A stretch of 16,161 nucleotides of DNA from IMG/VR virus record IMGVR_UViG_2737471845_000010, positions 1 to 16,161 of that record. One strand, given 5' to 3'. Origin of the DNA: a virus. Lineage: Duplodnaviria; Heunggongvirae; Uroviricota; Caudoviricetes. The translations under genes were made by a program, and so were the position numbers. The first letter of the stretch is position 1, and every line of letters starts with the position of its first letter. The notes under the pieces were generated by a model that was not told where the DNA came from, searched no databases, and saw only the letters and a list, made by a program, of their open reading frames with translations. Shown here one piece after another: positions 13,455-16,161 of the stretch.

Positions 13455-15917
13455 ATGAGTAAAGTTTTTATTTGCGCCGCCATTCCGGACGAACAGGCAA
13501 TAAAGGAAGAAGGTGCAGTTGCTGTAGCCACTGCCATTGAAGCCGGTGACGAACGCCGCGCCCGTGCCAAATTTACCTGGCAATTCCTGGAGCAATATCC
13601 GGCTGCTCAGGACTGCGCTTATAAATTTCTTGTCTGCGAGGATAAACCCGGCATGCCCCGCCCTGCTATCGACTCTTGGGATACCGAATATATGCAGGAA
13701 AACCGCTGGGATGAGGAATCCGCTTCCTTTATTCCGGTCGAACCAGAATCCGATCCGATGAACGTCAATTTTGACAAGCTGTCCCTTGAAGTACAGAACG
13801 CGGTCCTGGTTAAGTTCGGTACATGTGAAAACATCACCGTTGATATGGCGATTGACGCGCAGGAATTACTGCAGGAAGACGTTGCTACCTTTGACGGGCA
13901 TATCGTTGAAGCACTGATGAAAACGCCTGAAATTAACGCTATGTATCCGGAACGCAAACTGTTCGCTATCGGATGGGTTAAACACAAATGTAATCCGGGT
14001 GCCAAATGGCCCGAAATTCAGGCTGAATTACGTAACTGGAAAAAACGGCAGGACGCAGAGCGCAAAGAGACTGGAAAATACACGTCTGTTGTTGATCTCG
14101 CCAGCGCCAGAGTCAATCAACAGAACACTGAAAACTCAGCAGGAAAAATCAACCCAGTCACTGCCGCCATTCGTCGCGAATACAAGCAGACATGGAAAAC
14201 GCTGGATGAAGAACTGGCCTACGCTCTCTGGCCTGGCGATATTAATGCCGGAAACATTGACGGCAGCATCCATCGCTGGGCAAAAAATGAAGTTATCGAC
14301 AAAGATCGCGAAGACTGGAAGCGCATCTCCGCATCAATGCGCAAACAGCCTGATGCGCTTCGCTACAGCCGCCAGACTATTTTTGGCCTTGTCCGTGAAC
14401 GACCGATCGACATTCACAAAGATCCCGTGGCACTGAACAAATACATCACTGAATACCTGACTACAAAGGGCGTGTTTGAAGATGACGAAGGAACAAATCA
14501 GGGCGCAGCTAATACTCTCTCGTCGCCAGTACCAGAAACTGATGCAGTGGAAACGGCAATTCCGGACAACGAAAAAACCGAATGCAAAGTGGAAGTCGAA
14601 CCATCTGTAGAGCGTGAGGGGCCGTTCTACTTCCTCTTCACCGACAAGGATGGCGAAAAATACGGTCGCGCAAACAAACTTTCTGGTCTGGATAAGGCGC
14701 TGGCTGCCGGGGCTACTGAAATCACGAAAGAAGAATATTTCGCCCGCAAAAACAGTACATACTCAGGTTCACAACAAAATACTGGTGCATCTGACACGAC
14801 CGCACAACCAGAGCCGGTAAAAGTTACCGCTGACGAAGTAAACAAAATTATGCAGGCAGCCAATATCAGCCAGCCTGACGCCGATAAGTTGCTTGCTGCC
14901 TCTCGCGGAGAATTTGTTGCAGGGATTAGCGACCCGAATGATCCGAAATGGGTTAAGGGGATCCAGACCCGCGATTCTGTAAACCAGAACCAGCAAGAAA
15001 CGGAACAAAACAGCCAAAATGCGTTACAAAACGAGCCAGAAACGAAACAACCTGAGCCAGTAGCGCAACAGGAACCGAAAAAAGTCTGCACCGCCTGCGG
15101 TCAGAGCGGTGGCGGCAACTGCCCTGATTGTGGCGCGGTGATGGGCGACGCAACATACCAGGAAACATTCGATGAAGAGAATCAGGTTGAAGTTCAGGAA
15201 AATGATCCGGAGGAAATGGAAGGCGCTGAACATCCACACAAGGAGAATGCTGGCAGCGCTCAGGACCACGCCAGCGATAATGAAACTGGCGGGACGGCAG
15301 ATCCCTTAATTGCGGTGAACGGTCATCACGTTATCACATCCACCAGCAGAGTGTGGTACCACCTGATGATCGACCTTGAAACAATGGGAACCAACACCAA
15401 TGCGCCCATCGTGGTTATTGGTGCGGTTTTCTTCGACCCACAAACAGGGGAAATCGGGCCAGTATTTTATATCGTTATCAGTCTGACTGACGCAATGAAT
15501 ACAGGGGCTGTTCCTGACGGTGGAACCATCAAATGGTGGCTGAAGCAGTCCAGTGAAGCCAGAGCTGCCATTTTAACAGGCCAGGTAAAACTGAAGGATT
15601 CCCTTTCGCGGTTTCGGGAGTTCATCAACGAATACTCAGATGAAAAATTCGTTCAGGTATGGGGTAATGGTGCAACTTTCGATAACGCAATTTTGCGCAC
15701 CTCATACGAACGTCTGGACATCCCCTGCCCGTGGCGCTACCACAACGATCGCGATGTACGCACAATCGTTGAGCTGGGAAAAACAATCGACTTTGATGCC
15801 AGAACCGTTATTCCATTCGAAGGCGTGCGCCACAATGCACTGGATGACGCCCGTCACCAGGCAAAATACGTTTCAGCAATCTGGCAAAAACTGATCCCGA
15901 ATCCGGTTGATTTTTAA
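13455..15917 (+). CDS. large early-left protein (820 aa) with C-terminal DEDDh 3'-5' exonuclease domain; resembles prophage proteins annotated as exodeoxyribonuclease VIII
   Basis: C-terminal motifs MIDLETMGT (Exo I, D-x-E), WGNGATFDNAIL (Exo II), HNALDDARHQAKY (Exo III, H-x-D). Central acidic/Q-rich low-complexity linker containing a CxxC…CxxC zinc-ribbon (CTACGQSGGGNCPDCG). Occupies the position of the recombination/exonuclease gene in the early-left operon. Confidence 0.85.
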   Translation: MSKVFICAAIPDEQAIKEEGAVAVATAIEAGDERRARAKFTWQFLEQYPAAQDCAYKFLVCEDKPGMPRPAIDSWDTEYMQENRWDEESASFIPVEPESDPMNVNFDKLSLEVQNAVLVKFGTCENITVDMAIDAQELLQEDVATFDGHIVEALMKTPEINAMYPERKLFAIGWVKHKCNPGAKWPEIQAELRNWKKRQDAERKETGKYTSVVDLASARVNQQNTENSAGKINPVTAAIRREYKQTWKTLDEELAYALWPGDINAGNIDGSIHRWAKNEVIDKDREDWKRISASMRKQPDALRYSRQTIFGLVRERPIDIHKDPVALNKYITEYLTTKGVFEDDEGTNQGAANTLSSPVPETDAVETAIPDNEKTECKVEVEPSVEREGPFYFLFTDKDGEKYGRANKLSGLDKALAAGATEITKEEYFARKNSTYSGSQQNTGASDTTAQPEPVKVTADEVNKIMQAANISQPDADKLLAASRGEFVAGISDPNDPKWVKGIQTRDSVNQNQQETEQNSQNALQNEPETKQPEPVAQQEPKKVCTACGQSGGGNCPDCGAVMGDATYQETFDEENQVEVQENDPEEMEGAEHPHKENAGSAQDHASDNETGGTADPLIAVNGHHVITSTSRVWYHLMIDLETMGTNTNAPIVVIGAVFFDPQTGEIGPVFYIVISLTDAMNTGAVPDGGTIKWWLKQSSEARAAILTGQVKLKDSLSRFREFINEYSDEKFVQVWGNGATFDNAILRTSYERLDIPCPWRYHNDRDVRTIVELGKTIDFDARTVIPFEGVRHNALDDARHQAKYVSAIWQKLIPNPVDF

Positions 15918-15983
15918 TGTTCACCCCTGATCGCCGTCCCCGAATTATATTGGCGGCGGTCATGCTGTAAGGCACGTGACCAC

Positions 15984-16161
15984 ATGTACGAATTAACTCT
16001 ATCGCCAGCAGAGATTCAAGAGATCACGAAATACGAGCGATACACAAAACAGCAACACCAGTTAAGGCTGCACGGTATCCCATTTGTAATCGGTCCTAAA
16101 AACGAACCAATAGTTCTTCGCAGGGATATTCCACACGGACTGACTACGATGCCAAAAGCAC
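15984..16161 (+). CDS. hypothetical protein, 5' portion only (continues beyond window end)
   Basis: ATG at 15984 opens a frame with no stop to the window end (MYELTLSPAEIQEITKYERYTKQQHQ…); weak RBS. Confidence 0.4.
   Translation, partial: MYELTLSPAEIQEITKYERYTKQQHQLRLHGIPFVIGPKNEPIVLRRDIPHGLTTMPKA

Noticed and set aside
14795-15065. Short repeated DNA motif ACAACC(A/T)GAGCC(A/G)GTA within the 820-aa gene
   Set aside because: Only two copies, both encoding QPEPV in the low-complexity linker. Most simply explained as protein-level repetition rather than a regulatory repeat.
13537-15269. Multiple ORFs on both strands overlapping the 820-aa gene (for example 13619..14005, 13999..14436, 14627..15091, 15024..15269)
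   Set aside because: All are nested within or antisense to a long continuous ORF with conserved exonuclease motifs. Low-complexity, Cys/Arg-rich translations typical of out-of-frame reads.
13455-15917. Calling the 820-aa protein RecE (exonuclease VIII) with gene symbol recE
   Set aside because: Position matches recE, but the recognisable catalytic domain is DEDDh 3'-5' exonuclease-like, which is not the RecE nuclease fold as I understand it. Symbol withheld.
1-16161. CRISPR arrays, tRNA/rRNA genes, IS elements, integrase and attachment sites
   Set aside because: I found no short direct repeat-spacer array, no tRNA-like cloverleaf candidate, no transposase-like ORF with terminal inverted repeats and no tyrosine-recombinase motif. 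The window appears to lie entirely inside the prophage.

Overview
This window reads as the early/immunity region of a lambdoid prophage of the Qin/dicB type from an enterobacterium, most likely E. coli; that call rests on gene order and recognisable protein motifs read by eye, since no searches could be run. Left to right: a DPPY-motif DNA methyltransferase (minus strand, 3' end off the window), a small winged-helix-like ORF, an AT-rich inserted gene on the plus strand encoding a 336-aa single-pass membrane protein, then a minus-strand early-right operon read from high to low coordinates. That operon runs Cro/DicC-like, YdaT-like, an O-like replication initiator with internal iterons, a DnaC-like helicase loader, a nin-like block including a DUF4406-like protein, an HNH/DUF968-like protein, RusA and a Q antiterminator. 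At about 10.1 kb a divergent CI-like repressor (HTH plus S24 domain) is flanked by three GTAAC-N4-GTTAC operator-like palindromes and followed by a strong terminator. The plus-strand early-left operon then carries small ORFs, a GC-rich structured non-coding region, a DicF-like sRNA, DicB and YdfD homologues, an 820-aa protein with a C-terminal DEDDh exonuclease domain, and the start of a further gene. I see no integrase, tRNA, CRISPR array, IS element or late structural/lysis genes. The most unusual points are the AT-rich membrane-protein insertion abutting Q, the Ser-to-Ala change at the repressor's catalytic position, the DicF-like sRNA variant with its structured upstream region, and the opposite-strand small genes inside the early-left operon. 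Protein family names are from memory of the families and are not database-verified.
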